The notes beneath the pieces were generated by a model. It had not been told where the DNA came from. It made no database searches and worked only from the letters and a program-made list of their open reading frames with translations. This document shows, one piece after another, positions 8,565-18,635 of a stretch of DNA of 24,000 nt (its first letter is position 1; each line of letters begins with the position of its first letter). The stretch comes from Natronincola peptidivorans (lineage in GTDB: Bacteria > Bacillota > Clostridia > Peptostreptococcales > Natronincolaceae). The translations under genes and the position numbers were made by a program. The DNA is taken from assembly GCF_900111615.1 (NCBI RefSeq), contig NZ_FOHU01000001.1, positions 189,400 through 213,399 on the forward strand, in the 5' to 3' direction.

Positions 8565-9650
8565 ATGGAGTTTAAAATAAATCTACAGTTATTTACAGAG
8601 GAAAAGACAGAAAAAGCTACACCAAAAAAGGTAAGAGAGTCAAGGGAAAAAGGACAAGTATTACAAAGTAAGGAAATAAACTCAGCCTTTGTTTTGCTAG
8701 GAGCATTTGCAATGCTAAGCCTATTGGCAGGTTATATAGGCACATCAGTCCAAAGCTTTACTATACACATTTATGATGAATACTTAAACTTAAATTATCT
8801 ATTTTCGGATAAAAACATAAATAGATTAACCCTGATAGTATTGTATAATCTTTTTAAAATAACGATACCTATTGGAATAACTTGTTTAGTTATTGGTGTG
8901 TTATGCAGTTATCTACAAGTAGGTTATCTGTTTACTACAAAAACCTTAGCAGTAAAGTTTAGCAAAATAAATCCCATAGCAGGATTTAAAAGAATGTTTT
9001 CTTTAAAGTCTTTGGTAGAATTAGTCAAATCCTTTGTCAAAATAATATTTGTTGGCTATATTATTTACCGGTATGCTATAAGTCAAATAAATACTATTTT
9101 CAGCACCATAATGCTGGAAATAGATGTAATTATTCAATTAATGGTAACTATAGCTATGAATATAGGATTTAGAGCAGGAGTTGTTTTGCTGGTAATTGCA
9201 ATATTAGATTATTATTATCAAAGATATGATTATGAAAAAAACCTCAAGATGTCTAAACAAGAAATAAAAGAAGAATTTAAACAAACTGAGGGTAATCCAC
9301 AAATAAAATCAAAAATTAGAGAAAAACAAAGACAAATATCAATGCGACGTATGATGCAAGAAGTTCCAAAGGCAGATGTTATCATTACAAACCCAACGCA
9401 TTATGCAGTTGCTATACAATACAATCCAAAAGAGTTTAACGCCCCAAAGGTTTTAGCCAAAGGACAAGATTTAATTGCACAAAACATTAAAAAGATAGCC
9501 GCAGATAATGATCTGCCTGTCGTAGAAAACAAACAACTGGCAAGGACATTATATGATAGAGTAGAGATTGGTGAGTTTATTCCACCGGAATTATATCAAG
9601 CAGTAGCAGAAATACTGGCTTATGTTTATCAAATTAACAATAGGACGTAA
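8565..9650 (+). CDS. flhB: Flagellar export switch protein FlhB
   Basis: ATG 8565 is preceded by AGAGGA. N-terminal EKTEKATPKKVRESREKGQV, four TM segments and the NPTHY autocleavage motif (VIITNPTHYAVAIQY). The longer ORF from 8505 would overlap fliR and adds non-conserved residues. Confidence 0.92.
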   Translation: MEFKINLQLFTEEKTEKATPKKVRESREKGQVLQSKEINSAFVLLGAFAMLSLLAGYIGTSVQSFTIHIYDEYLNLNYLFSDKNINRLTLIVLYNLFKITIPIGITCLVIGVLCSYLQVGYLFTTKTLAVKFSKINPIAGFKRMFSLKSLVELVKSFVKIIFVGYIIYRYAISQINTIFSTIMLEIDVIIQLMVTIAMNIGFRAGVVLLVIAILDYYYQRYDYEKNLKMSKQEIKEEFKQTEGNPQIKSKIREKQRQISMRRMMQEVPKADVIITNPTHYAVAIQYNPKEFNAPKVLAKGQDLIAQNIKKIAADNDLPVVENKQLARTLYDRVEIGEFIPPELYQAVAEILAYVYQINNRT

Positions 9651-9663
9651 AGGGGGAACTTGA

Positions 9664-11691
9664 ATGAAGCATGGAGATATTATTGTTGTACTTGCTATTA
9701 TTGCCATTGTTATTATTATTATTATCCCTATCCCTCTAGGTGCCCTTGATGTACTATTAAGCTTTAACATATCATTAGCATTATTAATACTGATTATAGC
9801 TACATATACACAAGAAGCATTGGATTTTTCTATTTTTCCTTCTATATTACTACTTACGACATTGCTGCGATTAGCATTAAATATCACCACTACTAGGTAT
9901 ATATTATCCCAGGGTACAGCTGGAAATGTAATCAACACCTTTGGTGACTTTGTTATGCAAGGAAATGCCATTGTAGGATTTATTGTATTTTTAATCATCA
10001 TTATTATTCAGTTTCTTGTTATCACCAAAGGCTCTGAGAGGGTTGCTGAAGTAGCTGCTAGGTTTACTTTGGATGCAATGCCTGGTAAGCAGATGGCAAT
10101 CGATGCTGATTTAAATGCAGGATTGATTGATGATAATGATGCAAGAGAAAGAAGGCAAAAAATCCAAAGAGAAGCAGATTTTTATGGAGCTATGGATGGA
10201 GCCAGTAAATTTGTCAAGGGCGACGCCATAGCTGGAATTATAATTACTGTTATTAACATTATAGCAGGGTTTATCATTGGAGTTTCGATACAGGGATTAG
10301 ATTTTAGCGCCTCTATACAAAAGTATACAATGCTAACTGTTGGAGATGGTTTGGCTAGCCAGATTCCTGCTCTATTAATCTCAACTGCTACAGGCATTGT
10401 GGTTACAAGAGCGGCGTCTGAAGGCAATTTGGGTAGTGATTTAATTAAGCAGCTTTTTAATCAACCTAAAATAATGTTTATTATTTCAGGTGTATTGCTG
10501 TTTTTGGGTCTCACACCTCTACCACTTTTACCATTTCTTTTTCTATCTATAGCATTCCTGTTGCTTGGGTTATCTTTAAGAAAAGAACTATTGTCTTCTG
10601 CGTTAGATGATATTCCAGATGAAATACAAGAAGCAGTTGATGAAAAGAAAAAGCCTGAAAATGTAATGCCTTTATTAAATGTAGACCCCATAGAGCTGGA
10701 ATTTGGCTATGGGATTCTCCCTTTAGCGGATGCCAGTCAAGGGGGAGACTTGTTTGATAGATTAGTAATGATTAGAAGACAGTGTGCTTTAGAATTGGGA
10801 ATTATCGTTCCCATGATAAGGTTAAGGGATAATATTCAACTAGAGCCGAATCAATATATAATAAAAATAAAAGGAGTAGACATAGCGGTAGGAGAAATCA
10901 TTTTTGATCATTATTTGGCTATGAATCCAGGGATGGTAGATGAAGAAGTAGAAGGCATTGATACTACTGAGCCTGCTTTTGGTCTGCCAGCAAAGTGGAT
11001 TAATGAACAGGAACGTGAGAAGGCTGAAATTTTAGGATACACTGTTGTTGACCCTCCATCCATTATAGCTACGCATCTGACGGAAATAATTAAAAGTCAT
11101 GCCTATGAGTTATTAGGAAGACAAGATGTGAAAAAACTGATAGACAACGTTAAGGAGAGCCATCCAGTATTAGTTGAAGAACTTATTCCCAACCAACTAG
11201 GCCTAGGTGAAGTTCAAAAAGTGTTAGGTAATTTATTAAGAGAAGGTGTTTCCATTAGAAATATGGTAACGATACTAGAAACACTAGCGGACTATGCAAA
11301 CATAACCAGGGATACAGATATGTTAACGGAATATGTTAGACAAGCTTTAGGCAGAGCAATAACAAAGCAGTTTATTGCTACACAACCAGCTAAAGTCATC
11401 ACTATTGCAAAAGAGCTTGAGCAAAGAATAATGGATTCTATACAGCAAACAGAAAGTGGCACCTATATTTCCATGGACCCAGAAATCATACAAACTGTAA
11501 TCAACAACTTATCTCAGCAATTACAAAAACTGATTACTTTGGGTGAACAGCCTATAGTTATTACTGCCCCCATCGTAAGATTATATTTTAAAAGGTTATC
11601 TGAGCAACTAACATCTGATTTAATTGTATTGTCTTATAATGAAGTAGATCCTTCTATAGAAATACAATCAATAGGGGCGGTGAATATATAA
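9664..11691 (+). CDS. flhA: Flagellar export gate protein FlhA
   Basis: 675 aa. FHIPEP-family signatures (RFTLDAMPGKQMAIDADLNAGLI, FVKGDAIAGIII, LISTATGIVVTRA) and a large cytoplasmic C-terminal domain. Confidence 0.95.
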   Translation: MKHGDIIVVLAIIAIVIIIIIPIPLGALDVLLSFNISLALLILIIATYTQEALDFSIFPSILLLTTLLRLALNITTTRYILSQGTAGNVINTFGDFVMQGNAIVGFIVFLIIIIIQFLVITKGSERVAEVAARFTLDAMPGKQMAIDADLNAGLIDDNDARERRQKIQREADFYGAMDGASKFVKGDAIAGIIITVINIIAGFIIGVSIQGLDFSASIQKYTMLTVGDGLASQIPALLISTATGIVVTRAASEGNLGSDLIKQLFNQPKIMFIISGVLLFLGLTPLPLLPFLFLSIAFLLLGLSLRKELLSSALDDIPDEIQEAVDEKKKPENVMPLLNVDPIELEFGYGILPLADASQGGDLFDRLVMIRRQCALELGIIVPMIRLRDNIQLEPNQYIIKIKGVDIAVGEIIFDHYLAMNPGMVDEEVEGIDTTEPAFGLPAKWINEQEREKAEILGYTVVDPPSIIATHLTEIIKSHAYELLGRQDVKKLIDNVKESHPVLVEELIPNQLGLGEVQKVLGNLLREGVSIRNMVTILETLADYANITRDTDMLTEYVRQALGRAITKQFIATQPAKVITIAKELEQRIMDSIQQTESGTYISMDPEIIQTVINNLSQQLQKLITLGEQPIVITAPIVRLYFKRLSEQLTSDLIVLSYNEVDPSIEIQSIGAVNI

Positions 11692-11692
11692 G

Positions 11693-12850
11693 ATGAAAGT
11701 TAAAAAATTTTCTGCTAGTAACAATCAAGAAGTAATGATGAAGGTGAGAAATGAATTAGGTCCAGATGCCATCATCATACATCAAAGAAAAATAAAACCT
11801 AAAGGGTTATTGGGTTTTCTTAAAAAACCAATGATTGAAGTGGTAGCAGCTAAGGAAGATGAAAAACCTATAAGACCATTAATGGCAAACAACGAAAATG
11901 AGAGTGTTGAAAAAATTTTTAAAATGACAGTTGATAATATGAAAAATGATAAAGTTGAAAAGACCACTATTGATAAAGAAGTTGATGAAATAAAAGGCAT
12001 GTTAACTACCGTTATTTCAAAAATAAATAAACAGGAATTACCTGACTTAATTAAGACTATTGAAAATCAAGAAATATCGAAATTGTTTCATGTACTAAAG
12101 GAGCAAGAGGTAGATGAAATATTAATAGAGGAAATATTACAAAAGTGTATTTCCATTCAAAAGAACAATGCGGAGGAAGAGCATCAAAATGAATTAATAA
12201 AAAGAGAAATCACTAAAATTATTAACAAATATATAATTGCATACAAGAGAAATGCTAATTCAAAAATAATGGTTTTTATGGGCCCTACAGGAGTAGGAAA
12301 AACTACAACTATAGCTAAATTAGCAGCCCATTATGCACTAAACGAAGGGAAAACAGTGGGATTAATTAGTGCAGATACCTATAGGATTGCTGCGGTTGAA
12401 CAATTAAAGACTTATAGCGATATCTTAAATATACCCTTAGAGGTAATATATAATCCATCGGAGATTCATTATGCAGTTAATCAATTAAATGATAGAGATA
12501 TTATTATGGTAGATACTGCAGGTAGAAGTCATAAAAACGAAAGTCAAATACTAGAATTAAAAAAATTGTTAAATGAAATAGATGAAAAGGAAACATATCT
12601 AGTGATAAGTTGCACCTGTAAAAGTAACGATATTAAAGAAATAATTAGCACTTATAGCTTTATTAACAATTATAATATTATTTTGACTAAGATTGATGAA
12701 GCAACGACATTTGGTACAATTATAAATATTGCTAAAGAAACAAAAAAACCAATCTGTTACTTAACCACAGGACAAAGTGTGCCTGATGATATAGAAAAAA
12801 CCAATGTTGATAAAATTGTGAGCCTTTTAATGAAGGAGGCTAAACAATGA
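11693..12850 (+). CDS. flhF: Flagellar SRP-type GTPase FlhF
   Basis: Charged N-terminal region followed by an NG domain with GPTGVGKTTTIAKLA, DTAGR and TKIDE motifs. ATGA overlap with flhG. Confidence 0.92.
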   Translation: MKVKKFSASNNQEVMMKVRNELGPDAIIIHQRKIKPKGLLGFLKKPMIEVVAAKEDEKPIRPLMANNENESVEKIFKMTVDNMKNDKVEKTTIDKEVDEIKGMLTTVISKINKQELPDLIKTIENQEISKLFHVLKEQEVDEILIEEILQKCISIQKNNAEEEHQNELIKREITKIINKYIIAYKRNANSKIMVFMGPTGVGKTTTIAKLAAHYALNEGKTVGLISADTYRIAAVEQLKTYSDILNIPLEVIYNPSEIHYAVNQLNDRDIIMVDTAGRSHKNESQILELKKLLNEIDEKETYLVISCTCKSNDIKEIISTYSFINNYNIILTKIDEATTFGTIINIAKETKKPICYLTTGQSVPDDIEKTNVDKIVSLLMKEAKQ

Positions 12851-13743
12851 CAGATCAGGCAACAAAATTGAGAGAATTGATTAGCAAAAAAAAACTAGTT
12901 TCTAAAAAAACACTTAAAGATGAGAATATCCCTCAAAAAAAAGCAAGAGTAATATGCGTCACCAGTGGAAAGGGTGGCGTTGGCAAGACAAATTTCACAG
13001 CAAATTTAGCTATAGCTCTGCAAAAGAAAGATAAGAAAGTAGTTATTATTGATGCAGACTTAGGATTAGCAAATTTGGACGTAGTATTAGGGGTAATTCC
13101 GAAATACACATTATTAGATGTATTAAATAAGGGTAAAAATATTACTGAGATCATGAATAATGGACCTAGCGGTGTTCAAACTGTATCTGGAGGTTCAGGT
13201 ATCATAGACTTAGTAGATATATCAAAGGAGAAATTAGATACATTAATTAGTCAGTTTAATAAAATAAATGATTATGCAGATATTATTCTAATAGATACGG
13301 GAGCAGGGCTATCAAAATCAGTGTTATCATTCGTTTTATCAGCAGACGAAGTTATTATTGTTACCACTGCTGAGCCTACATCACTTACAGATGCCTATGC
13401 CATGATTAAAGCCATAGGAATGCAGGAAAAAGATAAAAATATCAGGGTTGTTATCAACCAAGTTGAAAGTATTAATGAAGGAAAGGCTACTTTTGAGAAG
13501 CTAAAAAATGCTTGCGAAAAATTTTTAGGAAAAAACATAGAAAAATTAGGATTTTTATCGAGAGATGCAAATGTAACAAAAGCAGTTAAATTACAAAAAC
13601 CATTTATTCTGCAATTTCCTAATACAGCAGCCAGTAAAAACATAGAAGTAATAGCTTTAAAATTATCAAACGGAAACATTGAAGATGAAGGCTTCAATGA
13701 ATCTAATAACTTTATTAGTAAAATTATTAGTTTGTTTAGATAG
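12847..13743 (+). CDS. flhG: MinD/ParA-type ATPase FlhG (YlxH), regulator of flagellar number and placement
   Basis: Deviant Walker A SGKGGVGKT, MinD-like core, and a C-terminal amphipathic helix (NNFISKIISLFR) consistent with a membrane-targeting sequence. Confidence 0.9.
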   Translation: MTDQATKLRELISKKKLVSKKTLKDENIPQKKARVICVTSGKGGVGKTNFTANLAIALQKKDKKVVIIDADLGLANLDVVLGVIPKYTLLDVLNKGKNITEIMNNGPSGVQTVSGGSGIIDLVDISKEKLDTLISQFNKINDYADIILIDTGAGLSKSVLSFVLSADEVIIVTTAEPTSLTDAYAMIKAIGMQEKDKNIRVVINQVESINEGKATFEKLKNACEKFLGKNIEKLGFLSRDANVTKAVKLQKPFILQFPNTAASKNIEVIALKLSNGNIEDEGFNESNNFISKIISLFR

Positions 13744-13756
13744 GAGAATTGTGTCG

Positions 13757-14407
13757 ATGAATCTAATGACGGAATTGAAAATAGGAGAAAAAATCGAAAT
13801 ATACCCTTTTAAGTCAAGAATGAATATCACATCAAGAACTATCACCAGTCAATTGACAGATATTAAGGATAATAAATTATTTATATCGAATCCAATAAAA
13901 CAGGGAGCATCGTATCCTCTCCATACAGGACAAAAAATAATTATTTTGTTTTATCGTGACGAAAAAGGAATATTTAGCTTTACTGGAGAAGTATTACAGA
14001 GAGTAGATATGAATATCCCTATTTATATCATTAAACCAATATCAGATCCTGAAAAAAATCAAAGAAGGTTATATTTTAGACTTAAGACGTTGATGAAAGT
14101 AATGATAAGGAGCTTAGATAGCAGTAATGCTGTCGAAGGCTTTACAAAAGATATTAGCGGAGGAGGATTAAGGGTAGCGACAAAAACATCACTAAAACCT
14201 GGGGAGAAAGTCGAGTGCACATTATTTTTAAGTGATAGTGAGTCAGCAACTTTAGTAGGAGAGGTTATAAGAAGTATAAAGGATCCTATTACAAATGAAT
14301 TTGAATTAGGGATCAAATATATGGACATAACTGATAGCACAAGAAATGAAATTATTGCCTTTGTCTTTAAAAAACAAAGAGAACTGAGGCAAAAAGGACT
14401 GATGTAA
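13757..14407 (+). CDS. PilZ-domain c-di-GMP receptor, YcgR/MotI-like (putative flagellar brake)
   Basis: ATG 13757 lies 9 nt after AGGAG. RRxxxR motif (RRLYFR, 14063-14080) and DxSxxG motif (DISGGG, 14150-14167) are both intact. An N-terminal beta-rich domain resembles the YcgR N-domain. The ORF-track start at 13679 would overlap flhG by 65 nt. Confidence 0.85.
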   Translation: MNLMTELKIGEKIEIYPFKSRMNITSRTITSQLTDIKDNKLFISNPIKQGASYPLHTGQKIIILFYRDEKGIFSFTGEVLQRVDMNIPIYIIKPISDPEKNQRRLYFRLKTLMKVMIRSLDSSNAVEGFTKDISGGGLRVATKTSLKPGEKVECTLFLSDSESATLVGEVIRSIKDPITNEFELGIKYMDITDSTRNEIIAFVFKKQRELRQKGLM

Positions 14408-14408
14408 A

Positions 14409-15494
14409 GTGACATTAAAAGATAAAACAGTTAATGTTGTAGTAGTAGATGATTCCCCTTTTATGAGAAAAATTATAAGCGATATTCTAAACAGTGATGA
14501 CGGTATTAAAGTTATTGGAGACGCAAAAAATGGCAAGAAAGCAATAGAGATTATAAAAGAATTAAAACCTGACGTAGTAACCATGGATATAGAAATGCCA
14601 ATTATGAATGGGTTAGATGCTCTTAAAGAAATAATGATTAGTCATCCAGTGCCTGTAGTTATGCTAAGTAGTTTGACCTATCATGGAGCACAATTAACAA
14701 TGGAAGCATTAGAATTAGGGGCAATAGATTTTATTCAGAAACCAACAAATATATTTGCAGTGAATTCACAAATTTTGAAAAAAGAAATTATTCAGAAGGT
14801 GAAAGGAGCTCATAAAGCAAAACTTATCTCTTGCAGCAAAGCATTCAATAGCTCTCCAAAACCAAGTATTGTCCTTGCCAACAAGGGTAGGCTCATTAGA
14901 CAAAAAGAAAGAGATAATATTATAGCAATTGGCATTTCAACTGGTGGACCGAGAGCATTACAAAACATAATTCCTTTAGTTCCTAAGAATTTTCCTGGCA
15001 GCTTCCTTGTTGTACAGCATATGCCTCCTGGATTTACAAAGTCATTGGCAGAGAGATTAAATGGAATCTCTAATGTTATAGTGAAAGAAGCGGAGGACTC
15101 AGAGAAAATACTTCCTGCACACATATACATAGCGCCGGGTAATTATCACCTAGGAATAAAAGAAGATAGTTCTAAAGACTTGTTTATAGAATTGACTCAA
15201 GACCCACCGGTATCTGGACATAGACCATCAGCTGATGTGTTATTTCAATCTATAGCAAAAACTAAACAAAACAATATAAATATTACTGCTGTTATTATGA
15301 CTGGAATGGGTTCTGATGGGACCAAAGGTCTAAGTGTTTTAAAAGAAAAAAAAGAAGCCTACATAGTTGCTCAAGATGAAGAAAGCAGTGTTGTATATGG
15401 AATGCCTAAAAGTGCATTAAAAGCAGGGGTTGTAGATGTAGTGACACCATTAGAGAAAATAATGGATGTTATAGTAAAAAGAGTGGGGGTGTAA
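14409..15494 (+). CDS. cheB: Chemotaxis methylesterase/response regulator CheB
   Basis: A GTG start is required to include the conserved receiver acidic pair (VVVVDDSPFMRK). Phospho-acceptor in MDIEMPIMNG. C-terminal methylesterase domain (GISTGGP, VVQHMP, MTGMGSDG). Confidence 0.93.
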   Translation: MTLKDKTVNVVVVDDSPFMRKIISDILNSDDGIKVIGDAKNGKKAIEIIKELKPDVVTMDIEMPIMNGLDALKEIMISHPVPVVMLSSLTYHGAQLTMEALELGAIDFIQKPTNIFAVNSQILKKEIIQKVKGAHKAKLISCSKAFNSSPKPSIVLANKGRLIRQKERDNIIAIGISTGGPRALQNIIPLVPKNFPGSFLVVQHMPPGFTKSLAERLNGISNVIVKEAEDSEKILPAHIYIAPGNYHLGIKEDSSKDLFIELTQDPPVSGHRPSADVLFQSIAKTKQNNINITAVIMTGMGSDGTKGLSVLKEKKEAYIVAQDEESSVVYGMPKSALKAGVVDVVTPLEKIMDVIVKRVGV

Positions 15495-15498
15495 TAGT

Positions 15499-17535
15499 AT
15501 GGATATGAGTCAATATTTAGACATATTTATGGAGGAGTCTAAAGAAAATTTACAAAGCATGAATGATATTTTAATGAAGTTGGAGAGCTCTCCCGAGGAT
15601 ATTAGTTTATTGAATGAGATATTTAGGATTGCCCATACTTTAAAGGGAATGTCAGGAACCATGGGATTTAGTAATATCTCAAGCTTAACACATGAAATGG
15701 AAAATATCTTAGATGATATTAGAAATGGTAAAATAAGAATAAGTAATAACGTGATAGATTTATTGTTTGAATGTTTTGATGAGTTGGAGAAATATGTAAA
15801 CGAAATAGAAAAACATAATAATGAAGGTGGTCTTTCATCTTCCGACCTAATAGAAAAATTACAACAACTAATGAAGGCCCAAGAAGATGATGGGAGTAAG
15901 GCAGAGGTCAGTAATGCTGGGAATTTGGATGTAGAAGTACAACAGGAGAGGGAAATAATTGTTAATGAATACGTAGATAGTACGATAAAGAGAGCTGCTG
16001 AAAAAAACTATAATGTGTATTTGGTGAAGGTATCATTAGATAAAAAATGCATGCTTAAATCAGCTAGGGCCTATATCGTTATTAACACCCTAGAAAAAAT
16101 AGCAGAAGTTATTCAATCTACACCAAGTATTGAAGACATAGAAGATGAAAAATTTGATTTTCATTTTGAACTAATTATTGTTTCAAAAAATTCTAAAGAC
16201 TTTATAGCTTCAGAAATGAATAATATATCTGAGATAGAATCGATTGAAATAGCAGATATATTAGATAGAAAACTGGCTATTACACCTTCTAATGATGACG
16301 AATTAACCAGTGAATTGGAAGATCGTGAGCAGACAGTAAATAAGGCTGCAACTGATGCTAATGAAGATGTAGCCATTAAGAAAACAAAAACTGGGAAAAC
16401 TGTGAGGGTAGACATTGATCGCCTAGATAATTTAATGAATTTAGTTAGCGAATTAATTATTATCAAAACAAGACTGGAAGATATTGATGATTCAGAAAAA
16501 AGACAAAGAATGAATGAAGCTACTGAGCACCTTGAAAGAATAACCACCAGCTTGCATGATGCAGTTATGAAGGTTAGAATGGTTCCAATTGAAAGGGTAT
16601 TTAACCGATTTCCAAGAATGGTAAGAGACCTTTCCAAAGAATTGAATAAAGAAATTTCATTAATTATGACTGGAGCTGATACTGAAGTCGATAGAACTGT
16701 TATTGACGAAATTGGAGATCCTCTTATTCATTTGATAAGAAATTCAATAGACCACGGTATTGAAGATATGGAAACTAGAGAGCGATCTAGCAAAGATAAA
16801 AAAGGCACAGTAAAACTATCAGCTTATCCTGACGGAAATAGTGTTGTTATTGAAGTGGAAGATGATGGTAAGGGCATTGATATAGAAAAGGTTAAAGGAA
16901 AGGCGATAGAAAAGAACATTATTTCATTGCAACAAAGTCAACTAATGGAGGATAACGAAATCATACAATTACTTTTTGCCCCAGGTTTTAGTACAGCAGA
17001 TAAAATATCAGATTTATCTGGTAGGGGGGTAGGCCTAGATGTTGTAAAAACTAAAATTGAAGCATTAGGTGGAACTGTGGAAGTAGATTCCTTTAAAGGA
17101 CAAGGCAGCAAATTTATTATAAGGCTTCCTTTGACCTTAGCAATAATACAAGCCCTTTTAGTGGTTACGGGTGAGGAAAAATATGCTATTCCATTAAATA
17201 ATATAAAGGAAATCTCCACAATAACTTCTAAGAGCATTAGAAAGGTGCAAGGAAATGAAGTAGTGCTATTTAGAAATGCTACATTGCCCATTATGCGTTT
17301 AGCTAATCTGTTAAAGGTACCAAATATAAATGAAGACCAAGAGGAATATACCATAGTAATTGTAAAAAAAGGAGATAGAGTGGCAGGTATTGTAGTGGAT
17401 GAGTTAATTGGGCAACAGGAAATAGTGATAAAATCACTAGGAAAGTATCTTGCAAGTATTAAAGGCATCGCAGGGGCAACGATATTAGGTAACGGTTCAG
17501 TTGCATTAATTATAGACACGAATTCATTTTACTAA
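15499..17535 (+). CDS. cheA: Chemotaxis histidine kinase CheA
   Basis: HPt domain with AHTLKGMSG, a dimerisation domain, an HATPase domain (HLIRNSIDHGIE, EDDGKGID, GRGVGLDVV) and a C-terminal CheW-like domain. Confidence 0.95.
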   Translation: MDMSQYLDIFMEESKENLQSMNDILMKLESSPEDISLLNEIFRIAHTLKGMSGTMGFSNISSLTHEMENILDDIRNGKIRISNNVIDLLFECFDELEKYVNEIEKHNNEGGLSSSDLIEKLQQLMKAQEDDGSKAEVSNAGNLDVEVQQEREIIVNEYVDSTIKRAAEKNYNVYLVKVSLDKKCMLKSARAYIVINTLEKIAEVIQSTPSIEDIEDEKFDFHFELIIVSKNSKDFIASEMNNISEIESIEIADILDRKLAITPSNDDELTSELEDREQTVNKAATDANEDVAIKKTKTGKTVRVDIDRLDNLMNLVSELIIIKTRLEDIDDSEKRQRMNEATEHLERITTSLHDAVMKVRMVPIERVFNRFPRMVRDLSKELNKEISLIMTGADTEVDRTVIDEIGDPLIHLIRNSIDHGIEDMETRERSSKDKKGTVKLSAYPDGNSVVIEVEDDGKGIDIEKVKGKAIEKNIISLQQSQLMEDNEIIQLLFAPGFSTADKISDLSGRGVGLDVVKTKIEALGGTVEVDSFKGQGSKFIIRLPLTLAIIQALLVVTGEEKYAIPLNNIKEISTITSKSIRKVQGNEVVLFRNATLPIMRLANLLKVPNINEDQEEYTIVIVKKGDRVAGIVVDELIGQQEIVIKSLGKYLASIKGIAGATILGNGSVALIIDTNSFY

Positions 17536-17550
17536 AAGGGGTGAAAGAGG

Positions 17551-18003
17551 TTGGATAATTATATGGAAGCAACAAATCAGTATGTTGTATTTAAGCTAGA
17601 AGAAGAGTATTATGGCATTGATATCAACTTTGTTGAAACGATAGAGCGGGTTGTGGAAATTACTAGACTACCTAATGCTCCCCACTACATTAAAGGAGTT
17701 ATTAATTTAAGAGGGGAGGTTATCCCTGTAATAGACCTAAGAACAAGGTTTAATATAGAGGACAAGGCAATATCAGAAGAATCTCGTATTATTATTTTAA
17801 CAATAGAAGAAATGACCATTGGTTTATTAGTGGATAGCTCCTCAGAGGTATTGACTATAGAAAAAGAAGAGATAGACAACACCAATAGTCTAATTAATTA
17901 TTCAGAAGATGAATATATCAAAGGAATTGGAAAAGTTAATGAAAGAATGATTATTATATTAGACCCAATGAAAATATTATATTATCACAATCAAGAAGGT
18001 TAA
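17551..18003 (+). CDS. cheW: Chemotaxis coupling protein CheW
   Basis: Single CheW domain (QYVVFKLEEEYYGIDINFVETIE ... IKGVINLRGEVIPVIDLR). The start is TTG 17551 (SD AAGGGGTG) or ATG 17563. Confidence 0.92.
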   Translation: MDNYMEATNQYVVFKLEEEYYGIDINFVETIERVVEITRLPNAPHYIKGVINLRGEVIPVIDLRTRFNIEDKAISEESRIIILTIEEMTIGLLVDSSSEVLTIEKEEIDNTNSLINYSEDEYIKGIGKVNERMIIILDPMKILYYHNQEG

Positions 18004-18020
18004 TAGGAGGTGCATTATAT

Positions 18021-18635
18021 ATGTTCAATGTCGATGACTTAAACAATATGCATCTTGATGTCTTAAGAGAAGTGGGTAATATAGGGGCAGGAAATGCAGC
18101 TACAGCATTAGCTAAAATGATAGATAAAAAAATTGACATGGAAGTGCCAACTGTTAAAATTTTAGACTATTCTGATGTTGCAGGCATTCTAGGTGGAGAA
18201 GAAAGTGTAGTGGCTGGTATTTACTTTAATGTTAGTGGAGATATCACTGGCAATATTATGTTCTTATTAGATGTTAAATCATCAAAAATGCTTACTGGAA
18301 TGCTTATGGGTAGAGAAGATTGCTCAAAAGAATTAGATGAAATGGATCGCTCTGCACTACAGGAAATCGGCAATATTCTATCAGGGTCCTATATTTCATC
18401 CCTATCAACCCTTACTGGCTTAAATATCTCCCTGTCAATTCCTTCGCTTTGCATCGACATGGCAGGGGCCATACTTAGTGTACCTGCAATTCAGTTTGGA
18501 TATGTTAGCGATAAGGTTCTACTAATAGAAACAAAACTTAGAGAAGGCGATGATTTAGTAAAGGCTAACTTTTTTCTGATACCAAATGCGGAGTCCTATA
18601 GTACCTTATTAAATGCTTTAGGAGTGTATGATTAG
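18021..18635 (+). CDS. cheC: CheY-P phosphatase / adaptation protein CheC
   Basis: Both CheC active-site motifs are present with exact spacing: DVLREVGN-x22-P and SALQEIGN-x22-P. AGGAGGTG SD upstream. Confidence 0.92.
   Translation: MFNVDDLNNMHLDVLREVGNIGAGNAATALAKMIDKKIDMEVPTVKILDYSDVAGILGGEESVVAGIYFNVSGDITGNIMFLLDVKSSKMLTGMLMGREDCSKELDEMDRSALQEIGNILSGSYISSLSTLTGLNISLSIPSLCIDMAGAILSVPAIQFGYVSDKVLLIETKLREGDDLVKANFFLIPNAESYSTLLNALGVYD

Noticed and set aside
12886-12942. Three poly-A runs (A9, A7, A8) in the first 100 nt of flhG as possible phase-variation tracts
   Set aside because: They encode lysine runs, and similar A7-A8 tracts occur elsewhere (for example 6368-6375, 6614-6620, 6630-6637). 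They look like a by-product of AT-rich, Lys-rich coding sequence rather than a specific switch. This would only be worth revisiting if read data show length heterogeneity.
13679-13756. N-terminal extension of the PilZ gene (ORF-track start at 13679)
   Set aside because: It would overlap flhG by 65 nt and has no SD. ATG 13757 follows AGGAG at proper spacing.
17460-17485. SigD-like promoter motif (TAAA-N15-ACGATAT) near the end of cheA, upstream of cheW
   Set aside because: The spacer is one nt shorter than the CTAAA-N16-CCGATAT consensus, the -10 element has a mismatch at a conserved C, and the motif lies inside coding sequence. Other CGATA-containing sites (about 1560, 7549, 12416, 21375) lack any TAAA at the right distance.
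16938-17519. Long antisense ORFs (193 aa here; also 16161-16637, 1795-2241, 9591-10001, 14059-14415, 14810-15130, 20605-20913 and others on the - strand)
   Set aside because: Each lies wholly inside a well-supported + strand gene. Their products are low-complexity, Ser/Ile/Leu-rich and resemble no known family, and none has a convincing SD. They are typical shadow ORFs opposite real coding sequence.
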